From contig JBDRCX010000006.1 in the NCBI GenBank assembly GCA_043821365.1, forward strand, positions 416,001 through 480,000: a DNA stretch of 64,000 nucleotides. The letters run 5' to 3'. Numbering within the stretch: the first letter of the stretch is position 1; the number at the start of each line of letters is the position of its first letter. The position numbers and the translations under genes were made by a program. Below the pieces are notes generated by a model, which did no database searches, was not told the DNA's origin, and saw only the letters and a program-made list of their open reading frames with translations. The stretch is from Candidatus Micrarchaeota archaeon. GTDB taxonomy: Archaea; Micrarchaeota; Micrarchaeia; Anstonellales; Bilamarchaeaceae. Below, in pieces: positions 38,070 to 47,543 of the stretch.

Positions 38070-38114
38070 TTCACTGGCCTCCAATTGTTCGATGTCGAAC
38101 AACGGACCACAGAA

Positions 38115-38504
38115 CTATTTGCTGTTCTGTTGGTCACCTTTTGGCTCGACTTTTTTTTCTTCGGTTTTTGGTTTTTCCTCTTTCTTTGCCTCTGGTTTTT
38201 TCTCGTCACCTTTTGGTTTTTCCTCTTTTTTAGGTTCTTCGATCTTTTCATCAGATAAATAGGCATTTATTTTTCCATCATCTTTGATAAGCCTAACTTT
38301 GATTTTGCGTGGCGGCTTCTGGATACTTCTTGTCCATATAAATTTGTTTAATTTTTCACTGATGATGATCTTTTCGCCATCTGCTTTCATGTGCCTTGTG
38401 ATAAATGCTCTTAATATCTTAACTGCCTTTGGAGCTCTTTTATTCCTTTTTGCTTCGTAAGCATCCCCAAGAGGAACAATATAAATTCTTTCAAGTTTTG
38501 TCAT
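38115..38504 (-). CDS. rpl31e: 50S ribosomal protein L31e with K/E-rich tail
   Basis: ERIYIVPL, KRAPKAVK, WTRSIQKPP. Confidence 0.95.
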   Translation of the reverse strand: MTKLERIYIVPLGDAYEAKRNKRAPKAVKILRAFITRHMKADGEKIIISEKLNKFIWTRSIQKPPRKIKVRLIKDDGKINAYLSDEKIEEPKKEEKPKGDEKKPEAKKEEKPKTEEKKVEPKGDQQNSK

Positions 38505-38513
38505 ATGATCACC

Positions 38514-38672
38514 CTAATCCTTTATCCTGAGTTTATCTGTTCTCCAATCTCTTCTTCTTCTGTTGTGACTAACTCTTCGTTTTGTTCTAATTATCACGAA
38601 TGCAGGAATTCTTTTTATTTCTTTATTGGCACTTGCCAATTTTTTTTTCTTTTCCAAACCTTTTTTTCCCAT
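38514..38672 (-). CDS. rpl39e: 50S ribosomal protein L39e (52 aa; absent from the ORF track)
   Basis: Translated by hand: MGKKGLEKKKKLASANKEIKRIPAFVIIRTKRRVSHNRRRRDWRTDKLRIKD. Confidence 0.93.
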   Translation of the reverse strand: MGKKGLEKKKKLASANKEIKRIPAFVIIRTKRRVSHNRRRRDWRTDKLRIKD

Positions 38673-38682
38673 ATAAACACCT

Positions 38683-38970
38683 TTATTTTTTATGAAATGT
38701 TATTGTTGTTTTGGTTTCATTTTGTTCTTTTATTGCCCTAAGAAGTGAAAGCAACTCTGTTTCAGTTATCTTCCTTTCAGCACGTTTAAAGTACATAAGA
38801 ACATTCTTTGCAGCAGTGAGGTAAAGTTCCTCATTTGCCACAGCAACATTCATCATCCTATTGTATGCACCTTCATCCAAAGCCATACGAAGGGTTGCTT
38901 TGAGCTGCTCTTGTGTTTTTCTTGCCTCGAGCTTTCTTTTTTTTACCTGCTCAAGATCTTCATCACTCAT
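38683..38970 (-). CDS. PDCD5/TFAR19-like dsDNA-binding protein
   Basis: LRMALDEGAYNRMMNV, KITETELLSLL; position between S19e and L39e. Confidence 0.88.
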   Translation of the reverse strand: MSDEDLEQVKKRKLEARKTQEQLKATLRMALDEGAYNRMMNVAVANEELYLTAAKNVLMYFKRAERKITETELLSLLRAIKEQNETKTTITFHKK

Positions 38971-38971
38971 G

Positions 38972-39379
38972 TTATGCGCACTCTTTGGCAGTGGTATCAA
39001 GTAACTTTCTTCCTTCTGGTGAAAGTGCCCTACCACTCTTTTCCTTTGCTAACAGACCTGCTTTTTCAAGTTCCTGCATTGCTTTTCTTATCATAGAACC
39101 ACCTGCAGGCACATGTTTTCCGGGTCTGACTCCTCTTCTTTTTCTTCCACCATAGTGTCTTCGTAGTCTTTGTACACCGACTGTTCCATTGACGTAGAAC
39201 TGCCGTAATATGGAAGCGCATCTAAGGTACCAGAAATTATCTGTCTGTGGTGGTCTTGCAGCATGTGCGCCGCTTTTTACCAATCCCACATAAGATGGTT
39301 TGTGGATTTTCAATTCCTTTAGTCTTTCAGCTGTTTTCTCTATTAGTTTATTTGCATCAACATCGAATACCGTGACCAT
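38972..39379 (-). CDS. rps19e: 30S ribosomal protein S19e
   Basis: VKSG, WYLRCASILR, YGGRKRRG, IRKAMQELE. Confidence 0.97.
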   Translation of the reverse strand: MVTVFDVDANKLIEKTAERLKELKIHKPSYVGLVKSGAHAARPPQTDNFWYLRCASILRQFYVNGTVGVQRLRRHYGGRKRRGVRPGKHVPAGGSMIRKAMQELEKAGLLAKEKSGRALSPEGRKLLDTTAKECA

Positions 39380-39579
39380 TTGTTCACCTCTACTTGCAAC
39401 CCATTATACTGACGAAAATTGGATACTTTTGCAGGGATGAATTTAGACCTAACGCTATTAAAATCTATCTGTTTTCTCTTTGAACTCAAAAACAAACTTT
39501 CATTTATTTTCTATAAACTACTTCTTTGGAACCAAGAAAAACAATGGTTAATTAAAACACTACTACCAGTTTTAATAGT

Positions 39580-40233
39580 ATGAAATCTATTTTTCCTGGA
39601 GTTTTTCAATCAGATAAATTCATTCTCACTCTAAATGCTGACAAGGGCCACAAAGTCTACAACGAGAGGACTATCAAAGAAGGAGAGAAAGAGTATAGGG
39701 TTTGGGATCCATTCAGAAGTAAGCTTTCTGCTGCAATAAAAAATGGGCTCAAAACATTTCCGTTTGTAAATGATGCAAAAATTCTCTACCTTGGTGCATC
39801 AACAGGTACAACAATTTCACATGTTTCTGATATTGTAGGGGAAAAAGGTGAAATTTATTCTGTTGAAATTTCTTCTCAATGTCTTCGTTCATTAATCCAA
39901 CTTTCCGATAGAAGGAACAATATCATTCCAATACAAGGTGATGCACGACAACCCCAAGAATATTCTGAAGTTGGGGAAGTCGATGTAATCTATCAGGATG
40001 TTGCACAACCTGATCAAGATGCTCTTCTAATAAAAAATGCAAAAATGTTTCTAAAAAAAAATGGGATCGCAATGATTTGCATAAAAAGTCAGAGTATCGA
40101 TGTAACAAAAGATCCTAAGGTTATTTTTGCAGAAGTGATTAAAAGATTGGAAACTGTTTTTGACATAGTGGAGAAAATAAAATTAGAACCATTTGACAAG
40201 GATCATCTGTTCGTTGTTCTTCGTTTGAGATAA
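39580..40233 (+). CDS. flpA: Fibrillarin (C/D box 2'-O-methyltransferase)
   Basis: YRVWDPFRSKL, LYLGASTGTTISHVSD, YQDVAQPDQ. Confidence 0.97.
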   Translation: MKSIFPGVFQSDKFILTLNADKGHKVYNERTIKEGEKEYRVWDPFRSKLSAAIKNGLKTFPFVNDAKILYLGASTGTTISHVSDIVGEKGEIYSVEISSQCLRSLIQLSDRRNNIIPIQGDARQPQEYSEVGEVDVIYQDVAQPDQDALLIKNAKMFLKKNGIAMICIKSQSIDVTKDPKVIFAEVIKRLETVFDIVEKIKLEPFDKDHLFVVLRLR

Positions 40234-40286
40234 CTATTTAAACTATTTGTGTTAAATGGGAATTAAGATTACTTAGTGGTGAAACT

Positions 40287-40715
40287 TTGAACACATTAGC
40301 TATGACACTAGGATTTGGTGCTGGTTTTAGTTCTACTAGATCCCCAGATCGTACTATTGCAAAGAGAGATGCCAATCCCAAACTTTTACATCCTGTTAGT
40401 GACCGTGTGGAAATACTTAGATTGCATGCACGAGCAGCACGAATATTTGCTGATGAAGAAATAAGTGCAATAATGCACGGAAGCACTGAAACATCCTACT
40501 CAAATTGGTGGAATAATGGGAGAAAAGGAAAAAACCCGATCTTTCCAATAGATGTTGATATAGTTGTTGCTGCAATAAAAAATCTATCAATTAGTGAAGT
40601 TCGTGAATACAAGGCTAATCTTTTCATTATCTGCAGAGTTAATCGTTCATGTCCTGTTGATTTTGTTGAAGCTAGAGATGCAGCAAATGAAAGGCTAGCT
40701 GAAATTGGCTTCTAA
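40287..40715 (+). CDS. Hypothetical protein (142 aa)
   Basis: Open frame filling an intergenic gap; no motif recognised. Confidence 0.5.
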   Translation: MNTLAMTLGFGAGFSSTRSPDRTIAKRDANPKLLHPVSDRVEILRLHARAARIFADEEISAIMHGSTETSYSNWWNNGRKGKNPIFPIDVDIVVAAIKNLSISEVREYKANLFIICRVNRSCPVDFVEARDAANERLAEIGF

Positions 40716-41131
40716 AATTTTTGCAGGCTAAGTTTGGTCTTGCTATCTTTTTCTCTATTTATCCTTGTGCTTATTGGAAGAAGTACTATTTCACATGTTG
40801 GTTTGATAATAGCACTAATCAGATGTCCTGATTTTGTTGAAAAGTCTTCTTTACCAATCACAATGTGTATGTGGACCATTGGTTCATTATTTAGCATTGC
40901 CACATTACCATTCAAAGAAATAATCTCAAGAGATCCTTCAAATTTTTTTACATTGTATTTTTTATCTTCAGGATCCCAATGCCCAATCTCTGTTTTACAA
41001 GCTGCACCAATACCAGTAATCAAAGCACTTTCAACTTCTTCTATTTTACAAATTGACTGAAGAGATTCTATTATCTCCTCTCCATCATCCAATCGTATTG
41101 CTATTTCTTTTCCAGTATTTCGATACTGCAT
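40712..41131 (-). CDS. PPC/DUF296 domain protein
   Basis: RLDDGEEI, GIGA, EIISLNGN, HIHIVIG, GHL, TCEI. Confidence 0.9.
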   Translation of the reverse strand: MQYRNTGKEIAIRLDDGEEIIESLQSICKIEEVESALITGIGAACKTEIGHWDPEDKKYNVKKFEGSLEIISLNGNVAMLNNEPMVHIHIVIGKEDFSTKSGHLISAIIKPTCEIVLLPISTRINREKDSKTKLSLQKF

Positions 41132-41556
41132 CAGACCAGTTCCTCAGCTAAAAATAATCTTTCGCAGAAATGGCATCGATATTCATCCTTATCTCTGACA
41201 AAATGTTTCTGGCCACTCTCATTTGTAATGCAATTTGGATTTGGGCATTTTCCATGGTCTTTAACTTCTTTTGGAAGTTGTGCATCGTATTTTTTTTCAA
41301 CTTCTCCGCCTTTTACAATGTTTACTGTTGCACCTGGTGAAACAAGAGCAATCAGGTTTGCAGTTTCCTGTGAAACCATTTTTCCCTCAATTTTTACTAT
41401 ATCTTTTGTTTTCATTCTTTTGCTTGGTACGTTCAATACAATTGCAACTCTATGTGGATATTTTTCGCCTATGTCTAGAAGTTTTATTACTTTTCCAGCC
41501 TTTCCAGCTTTTATATGATCAACAACAGTTCCCATCTCAATTCTGTCTACTTGCAT
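41131..41556 (-). CDS. pyrI: Aspartate carbamoyltransferase regulatory subunit
   Basis: GTVVDHI, KDIVKIE, CPNPNCIT, CHFCE. Confidence 0.95.
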   Translation of the reverse strand: MQVDRIEMGTVVDHIKAGKAGKVIKLLDIGEKYPHRVAIVLNVPSKRMKTKDIVKIEGKMVSQETANLIALVSPGATVNIVKGGEVEKKYDAQLPKEVKDHGKCPNPNCITNESGQKHFVRDKDEYRCHFCERLFLAEELV

Positions 41557-41611
41557 GTTTTCACCTCATAAAAATTCTTATTTTTATTAAGACAAAATTG
41601 GTTCAATTTTG

Positions 41612-42496
41612 TCACCTCAGTGCGTACTCCAAAACTGCCTGCCTTATTGGTATTCCGTAATGTGCCTGTTCAAAGTATTTAGCCTGTTTCATACTGTCTA
41701 TTGTCGATTCTATCTCATTTATTTTTGGCAGTGGGTGTAGTATGATCAAATCTTCTTTTGCATTTTTCAGATCATCTTTCTTAATTGCAAATTTTTCAGT
41801 CACTCTTTTTGCTTCATAAGGATCTGCAAATCTTTCTTGCTGTATCCTACACACATACAACACATCTGCTTCTGAATATTCTGGCTCGTTTTTTGTCTTA
41901 TACTTAAATTTGAATGTTTTATTTATTTCATCAAGGTAACTCTGTTCCATCTCAAGTCCAGAGGGCGCAACTAAAGTTACATTCGCTCCAAACATGGCAA
42001 GTCCATAAACAAGAGATCTCATTGTCCTTGCATACTTCAAATCACCAAGCAAAGTCACATTCAATCCAGTGATTCTTCCCTTGCCTTTTTTTATCGAAAA
42101 AAGGTCAATCAAAGTTTGTGTTGGGTGTTGGTTTGCACCATCTCCTCCATTGATAACTGGTTTATCTATAGAATCAGCTGCAAATCTTGCCGAGCCTTCT
42201 TTTGGATGCCTTACTGCAAGAACATCAGCATATCCTGCAACAGTTTTAATAGTGTCAATATAACTTTCACCTTTTTTCAAAGAGCTTGTTTCAGGAAGAA
42301 AATCAACATATCTCATGTTGTTTCGTAATGCTGCAGCTTGGAAAGATAGTTTTGTTCTTGTTGATGCTTCGAAAAAAAGGCTTGCAAGGATCTTTCCTTT
42401 CAGGTCAACTGTTTTGCCATTTAAAATTTTGTCTGCATTATCAAGTATCTCTTCTATATCTTTTTTGCTAAGGTCTCTTATAGAAATTAGGTCCAT
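41612..42496 (-). CDS. pyrB: Aspartate carbamoyltransferase catalytic subunit
   Basis: FFEASTRT, HPTQTL, GDLKYART, RIQQER, HPLP. Confidence 0.97.
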   Translation of the reverse strand: MDLISIRDLSKKDIEEILDNADKILNGKTVDLKGKILASLFFEASTRTKLSFQAAALRNNMRYVDFLPETSSLKKGESYIDTIKTVAGYADVLAVRHPKEGSARFAADSIDKPVINGGDGANQHPTQTLIDLFSIKKGKGRITGLNVTLLGDLKYARTMRSLVYGLAMFGANVTLVAPSGLEMEQSYLDEINKTFKFKYKTKNEPEYSEADVLYVCRIQQERFADPYEAKRVTEKFAIKKDDLKNAKEDLIILHPLPKINEIESTIDSMKQAKYFEQAHYGIPIRQAVLEYALR

Positions 42497-42592
42497 GATT
42501 GCACCTCTCCTTTTCTTTTTCAGATATAAACTATAAAAGCCATTCGGTTCAATAAAGAAAATCTTATAAAGCTAGTTTGCTCTATCGTTCTC

Positions 42593-45500
42593 ATGAAACT
42601 CCATATAATTCTTTTGACAATGATGTTGTTTGGGTTAGCGTTTGCTGCGACCCAAGGACCTCCACCTGGTTCTCCAACCCCTGTCTCTTCATGCGGTACT
42701 CTCTCTCCGGCAGGTTATTACCAACTTACTACTAATTTAGATGCAGAGGCACTAGTTAGCGGTGAGACCTGTATCAATATTACTGAGCCATATACTTATC
42801 TTGATCTGGATGGTTATACTTTATCAGGTTCAATTGCACAGAGTAATAGTTCTTCCATCTATATAACCGCAAGTAATGCTACTGTTGCCAATGGTATGAT
42901 AACAAATAGTAGGAATGGTATCAGTGTAGAGCATGTAGAAAATATTACTTTGTATAATATTACTTTTTCACCTTTCAATACAAGTGGGTATGATGGTGTG
43001 GATGCAAGAAACATTACATACAGTGTTTTTGATCGTCTTAATTTCTCATTAGGTAGTCGTGGTGTGTTTCTTGGTGGAGATTCATCCAATGTTGACATTA
43101 CAAATTCAGTAGCAGACCAAGTTTATGTTGCCTTTGTAAGTGATTCTAGTGCCATTGATATACTTTTTGAAAATAACACGGTGCATAATTCTGATTATGG
43201 TTTTAGTGTTGGTTCTACCATTGTCACTTTCATTAACAATACAGTTACTAATTCTTACCTTGCCATGCAACTCTACGATGGTGATTTTTACACTCTCTAT
43301 AAAACAAATTTCACTGGAAATTATCAAGCTTTTTCAGTCTCTTCTACTGTGGCATCTAGTATTAATCACGATATCGGAGACTCAACTATAGATGGTAAAA
43401 ATATCTATTATGATCCCAACTGCCAATCTGATCTTGACTTTGATTCAGGTTCTAATGCCGGCATGATCTGGTTTGTTGATTGTGATTATGACCTCACAGT
43501 TCATGATCTATCTTTGGAATATACGCCCCAACCAATACTTCTTGTAGATTCCAATGGTTCTCTGATTAATATTAGTAATATTACAATAAATAATTCAGAA
43601 GGCAGAGCTTCTGGACATGATTCTGCATCAGTATTTATCTCCCTACCTTCATCATCTCAAACTACTGTTATTCTTGATTCATCAGTTATTGGGAATAGTG
43701 ATTATCTAAACACTGGCAACGCAATTATTGTGGATGGTTTGGGTAGTTCGATTTCTCTTTATATCACTGATAATACAATTAGGTCCTATGAGACAGGGTT
43801 ATCACTTTCTGAAGTATTCCCTTCTCTTTCTTCAATTTCTGATAATACTTTTTGGAATAACTTCTATCACATACAACTTGATTATGTTGTTGGTTTGTCC
43901 TTCAATCATAATGCCATATATAATGACGGTTCATTTCCAATGATATTGCCAGACTTTATCAATGGTAGACCCTCATCAACAAGATTCCCATCGAATCAGC
44001 TTACAATGGCAGATGAGTGGCATAGTATCGGTACTATACCTCCGATAAACTGTGCTGATTTATCAAATCTTTACAGAGGTTCAATTGGAGTTGTTGGGGA
44101 TGGCGCAAGTCTTTTTATAAATGACACAAATATTTCTGGTCTAGATACTGGTTACTTTTTTGGTGGGGCTATAGTATCAAGTACCATTTCAAATCTCGAA
44201 GTTAGTAATGTTAATGATGCCATAATTTTGATAAACGCTTTGGATGTTGATCTTTCAAATGTCATTACATCTACACGTCCAACTCAACCGATGACAGATT
44301 ACCAATGTAATCACTTCATTGATCTCATTTTTAAGAACGCATATAATGTTACACTTGATCATGTTGTTTTTGATAATTCTGAAATATCCGGAGATCTACT
44401 CTATTATACACCTGGGTATTATGATTGTACTAACGAGTATTGTCTACCCCCTATCAATTATGATGGTTTCATTACTTTTGACGATACTGCATTGCCTGCA
44501 GTAGCACCATATGGGACGTGGATGGGAGAAATAATCAACATAAGTATGTATGTATCACTTCCAAACCAAACAAGTTCTGGTGTAAAAAATACAACAACTC
44601 CAATCAACTTTACCATGCATTATATTCCATCTGGCGTTGTCGAATCAAGCATAAAAGCATATGAGCATAATAGTTCTGATTGGATCGATCTTCTTGCCTA
44701 TTCCTACCTTGATGAGGTAAATAATCAAGTTGATTTGATGATGCCAAATCTTAGTAGTGTTTTTGCTTTATTTGCAAATTCTACAGATGATGATGGGTGT
44801 ACTGGCAAATGTTGTAATGGCGGTTGTGAAGATCCAGAAATATCAATAGAAGTTGACAGTTCATGTGATGGCAATATTGTTACCATAACAATAGATGGCG
44901 AACCAGTTGAAGGTGTTGCAGTACTTGTTGATGGTGATTTTATTGGTTACACGGATTCAAACGGACAAGTCAAATTTGATGGTTGCGGAAAAGAAGTGAT
45001 TGTAAGAGGATCAGATAGATACTATGATACTAACAGTAACTATGAGTATTATGGTAATTCTCTAACCTATTATGATGTTACTGACTATCAACCTACCTAT
45101 GACAAATTCAAACTGATTGATTGTGACCAATGTGGTGAGGAAGAAACAGGGTGCAACTATGATGAAGATTGCGAAGAAAACGAATCCTGTGAACAAGGAG
45201 AATGTGTTCCTGTTGATTGTGATTGCGGTGTTATAGACAATCATGAATGTTATGATTATGAATGCTGTGCAGACAGTGAATGTGGGCCAAACGAAGTTTG
45301 TACCTCCAATACTTGCACTGAACAAGAAGACGAATGTGCAACTGATGCTGATTGTGCAGATAATGAAGTTTGTACTAATGGCAACTGCGAAGCACTTCAA
45401 GGATGTGGTCTAATTCAAAATCATCAACTATTACTATATGAATGTGGTGATGAACCAAACTGTCCAATTTGTCCTCTTGGAGTTTGTTTAGATCATATTT

Positions 45501-45892
45501 GCTATGAAGGAGATATAACGTGCGAATCAGGAAGAGTCGGAGACGAAAGTAATTGTGACACATCTTTGGATGAAGAACCATGTGCATTATGCGATTACAC
45601 AATAACTGATCCTCTTGGTAATACCTACAATGGTGTAACGGATTCCCAAGGAAATATTGCGGTTCCATTAAAGTATGAGGGAACGTACAAGGTTGCTTTG
45701 CTAAAAGCTGGGGCAGTTGTAAAAACTACTGACATAATTTCTGGTCCAAAACCTCAATTAATAGATGAACCAGAACCATCAGCAGGAAGCGATTCTAGTT
45801 TACTCTCGCTTTGGTGGGTCCCAATAGTTCTTCTGTTAGGTGGAGCTTTGGCATACTTTGCTCTACACGATAAAAAACGAAAGCGCAAGTAA
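42593..45892 (+). CDS. Cell-surface protein (1099 aa): signal peptide, parallel beta-helix repeats, Cys-rich repeats, C-terminal anchor
   Basis: MKLHIILLTMMLFGLAFA; N/T/S-rich NosD/PbH1-like repeats; C-x2-D-x-DC repeats; WWVPIVLLLGGALAYF + KKRKRK. Confidence 0.85.
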   Translation: MKLHIILLTMMLFGLAFAATQGPPPGSPTPVSSCGTLSPAGYYQLTTNLDAEALVSGETCINITEPYTYLDLDGYTLSGSIAQSNSSSIYITASNATVANGMITNSRNGISVEHVENITLYNITFSPFNTSGYDGVDARNITYSVFDRLNFSLGSRGVFLGGDSSNVDITNSVADQVYVAFVSDSSAIDILFENNTVHNSDYGFSVGSTIVTFINNTVTNSYLAMQLYDGDFYTLYKTNFTGNYQAFSVSSTVASSINHDIGDSTIDGKNIYYDPNCQSDLDFDSGSNAGMIWFVDCDYDLTVHDLSLEYTPQPILLVDSNGSLINISNITINNSEGRASGHDSASVFISLPSSSQTTVILDSSVIGNSDYLNTGNAIIVDGLGSSISLYITDNTIRSYETGLSLSEVFPSLSSISDNTFWNNFYHIQLDYVVGLSFNHNAIYNDGSFPMILPDFINGRPSSTRFPSNQLTMADEWHSIGTIPPINCADLSNLYRGSIGVVGDGASLFINDTNISGLDTGYFFGGAIVSSTISNLEVSNVNDAIILINALDVDLSNVITSTRPTQPMTDYQCNHFIDLIFKNAYNVTLDHVVFDNSEISGDLLYYTPGYYDCTNEYCLPPINYDGFITFDDTALPAVAPYGTWMGEIINISMYVSLPNQTSSGVKNTTTPINFTMHYIPSGVVESSIKAYEHNSSDWIDLLAYSYLDEVNNQVDLMMPNLSSVFALFANSTDDDGCTGKCCNGGCEDPEISIEVDSSCDGNIVTITIDGEPVEGVAVLVDGDFIGYTDSNGQVKFDGCGKEVIVRGSDRYYDTNSNYEYYGNSLTYYDVTDYQPTYDKFKLIDCDQCGEEETGCNYDEDCEENESCEQGECVPVDCDCGVIDNHECYDYECCADSECGPNEVCTSNTCTEQEDECATDADCADNEVCTNGNCEALQGCGLIQNHQLLLYECGDEPNCPICPLGVCLDHICYEGDITCESGRVGDESNCDTSLDEEPCALCDYTITDPLGNTYNGVTDSQGNIAVPLKYEGTYKVALLKAGAVVKTTDIISGPKPQLIDEPEPSAGSDSSLLSLWWVPIVLLLGGALAYFALHDKKRKRK

Positions 45893-45922
45893 TTTATTCT
45901 TTTTATTTTATTATCTCTGTCT

Positions 45923-46486
45923 ATGCTTATTATTTTTGAAGGAATTGATGGTTGTGGTAAAGAAACCCAAATAAAACTGCTAAAGGAAAAATTAGGGGCA
46001 GTGGTGTTGAAATATCCCACAACTAATAACAAAAAAATCAATGATTATCTAGAGAAAAAAATCACAATAGAACCAAAAGAACTATTTATGCTATTTCTTT
46101 CAGATATAGAAGAAGATCAAGGAAATATCAAAAAAGCACTTACTGAAAACAAATATGTTATTCTTGATCGTTATATATTTTCTACAATTGCCTATGAACT
46201 TGATAGCTTTACATATCCAGAAGCAAAAAAACTCGTTGAAGAAAAAAACCTTCTGAAACCAGACATGGTTATTCTACTTGACATTGATGAAAAAACTTCA
46301 CAGGAGAGAAAAAGCAGGCAAAAACAACTAGATCGTTATGAAGAAAATGCAGTTTATCTGAAAAAAGTTCGTGAAACTTTCCTGAAACTCTTTGGGGAAA
46401 GATTTTTAACTTCGACTTGGCATAAAATTGATGCTCGTAAAGATATTCAATCCATTCATTTCGAACTAATAAAAATTTTAGAATAG
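45923..46486 (+). CDS. tmk: Thymidylate kinase
   Basis: FEGIDGCGKETQ, ILDRYIFS, PDMVILLD. Confidence 0.95.
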   Translation: MLIIFEGIDGCGKETQIKLLKEKLGAVVLKYPTTNNKKINDYLEKKITIEPKELFMLFLSDIEEDQGNIKKALTENKYVILDRYIFSTIAYELDSFTYPEAKKLVEEKNLLKPDMVILLDIDEKTSQERKSRQKQLDRYEENAVYLKKVRETFLKLFGERFLTSTWHKIDARKDIQSIHFELIKILE

Positions 46487-46564
46487 CCTCTTTTTTCAGG
46501 CATAATTCTTTCTGCGGAAATAAGGTGTCCACTAGTATTTATACAAGGTCTCAGTAGAGATTGC

Positions 46565-47200
46565 ATGCATGCCAATAAAGAGCAGCTTGCAGAAATCGTG
46601 GGCATATTCCTAGGTGATGGTAGTATCTATGCTAACAAACAGCACGGTATTGTTCAAATTGTGATCACTGGCCATTTACAACACGATTTCGAATATTTGG
46701 TCCATTATGTTAAACCAATGTTGGAAAAGAATCTATCTGCAAAATTTAAAATAAAACGGCACCGTTTGAATGCAATCCAAATCTATAACCAAACTAAAAG
46801 TACTGCTTCAAAACTTAATGAACTTGGCATCCCAACTGGAAATAAAGTCGTCAATAACATTCAAATTCCTTCTTGGATTTTTGGTTCCAAAAAATACCTA
46901 AGAGCATGCATAAGAGGCTTAATTGATACTGATGGTTCAGTATGTCCAATCACTGGCAGGAATTACCCTTATATATGGTTTAAGTGTAGAATTCCAAAAC
47001 TAAGAAAATCTTTTTCAAAGGCCTTGGAGCTGTTAAATTATAAAATTGCCAAATGGTCTATTAGGCCAGATGGGGTTGGTCAGACGTATATCGGTCAAAA
47101 ATCACTTATCCATAGATATTATAAAGAAATCGGCTCTAGAAATACCTACCATATGCATAGACTTAGTTCGCTCCGTTCGTCTAGACCGGTCAAACACTAA
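46565..47200 (+). CDS. Free-standing two-motif LAGLIDADG (DOD/intein-type) endonuclease-like protein
   Basis: LAEIVGIFLGDGS and CIRGLIDTDGS; no intein splicing motifs. The 3' end overlaps tRNA-Glu. Confidence 0.88.
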   Translation: MHANKEQLAEIVGIFLGDGSIYANKQHGIVQIVITGHLQHDFEYLVHYVKPMLEKNLSAKFKIKRHRLNAIQIYNQTKSTASKLNELGIPTGNKVVNNIQIPSWIFGSKKYLRACIRGLIDTDGSVCPITGRNYPYIWFKCRIPKLRKSFSKALELLNYKIAKWSIRPDGVGQTYIGQKSLIHRYYKEIGSRNTYHMHRLSSLRSSRPVKH

Positions 47201-47307
47201 CAGTTCTAAATTGTAAGTGGCCTATGGATAGTGGACTTTCATGCGCCTTTTTTAATCAAAAAGCGCGGAGAACTCCATCGACCTGGGTTCAAATCCCAGA
47301 CGGAGCA
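47170..47307 (+). tRNA. tRNA-Glu(TTC) with two introns (D-loop, ~47194-47224; 37/38, 31 nt, 47242-47272)
   Basis: Acceptor GCTCCGT/ACGGAGC, anticodon stem GTGGA/TCCAT, T-arm CTGGG-TTCAAAT-CCCAG, BHB CTTT/GGAG at 37/38. D-loop intron borders are approximate. Confidence 0.88.
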
Positions 47308-47308
47308 T

Positions 47309-47411
47309 TTTGGTTTGTTTAGGGGGGTACGCCCCCCAGACTAATCCAGTATCCAAATCATGAGCCGAAGGCAATCATACCACCAAATCGCGAAGCGATC
47401 ACCAAACCAAA
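47309..47411. repeat. Palindromic cassette with 9-bp terminal inverted repeats (MITE/REP-like)
   Basis: TTTGGTTTG ... CAAACCAAA; internal GGGGGG-TACG-CCCCCC, GCC-GAA-GGC and ATCGC-GAA-GCGAT hairpins. Confidence 0.55.
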
Positions 47412-47543
47412 GTATTAATAAGTGAGACTGTGTTTATGTTGTAATAAACAGAAAATTCTGATTTTAGTTATTGTAATCAATTCTCCCTAAAAAAGAGTAT
47501 CGAAATAATCGAAATCGAATTTCTTTTAGGGTGAATTTAAAAA

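Noticed and set aside
39380-39579. Possible C/D box sRNA next to fibrillarin
   Set aside because: No convincing C (RUGAUGA) and D (CUGA) box pair in the right order and spacing.
46565-47200. LAGLIDADG ORF as intron- or intein-encoded
   Set aside because: No tRNA or rRNA 5' exon upstream (46487-46564), no host ORF, and no C/S...HN splicing residues.
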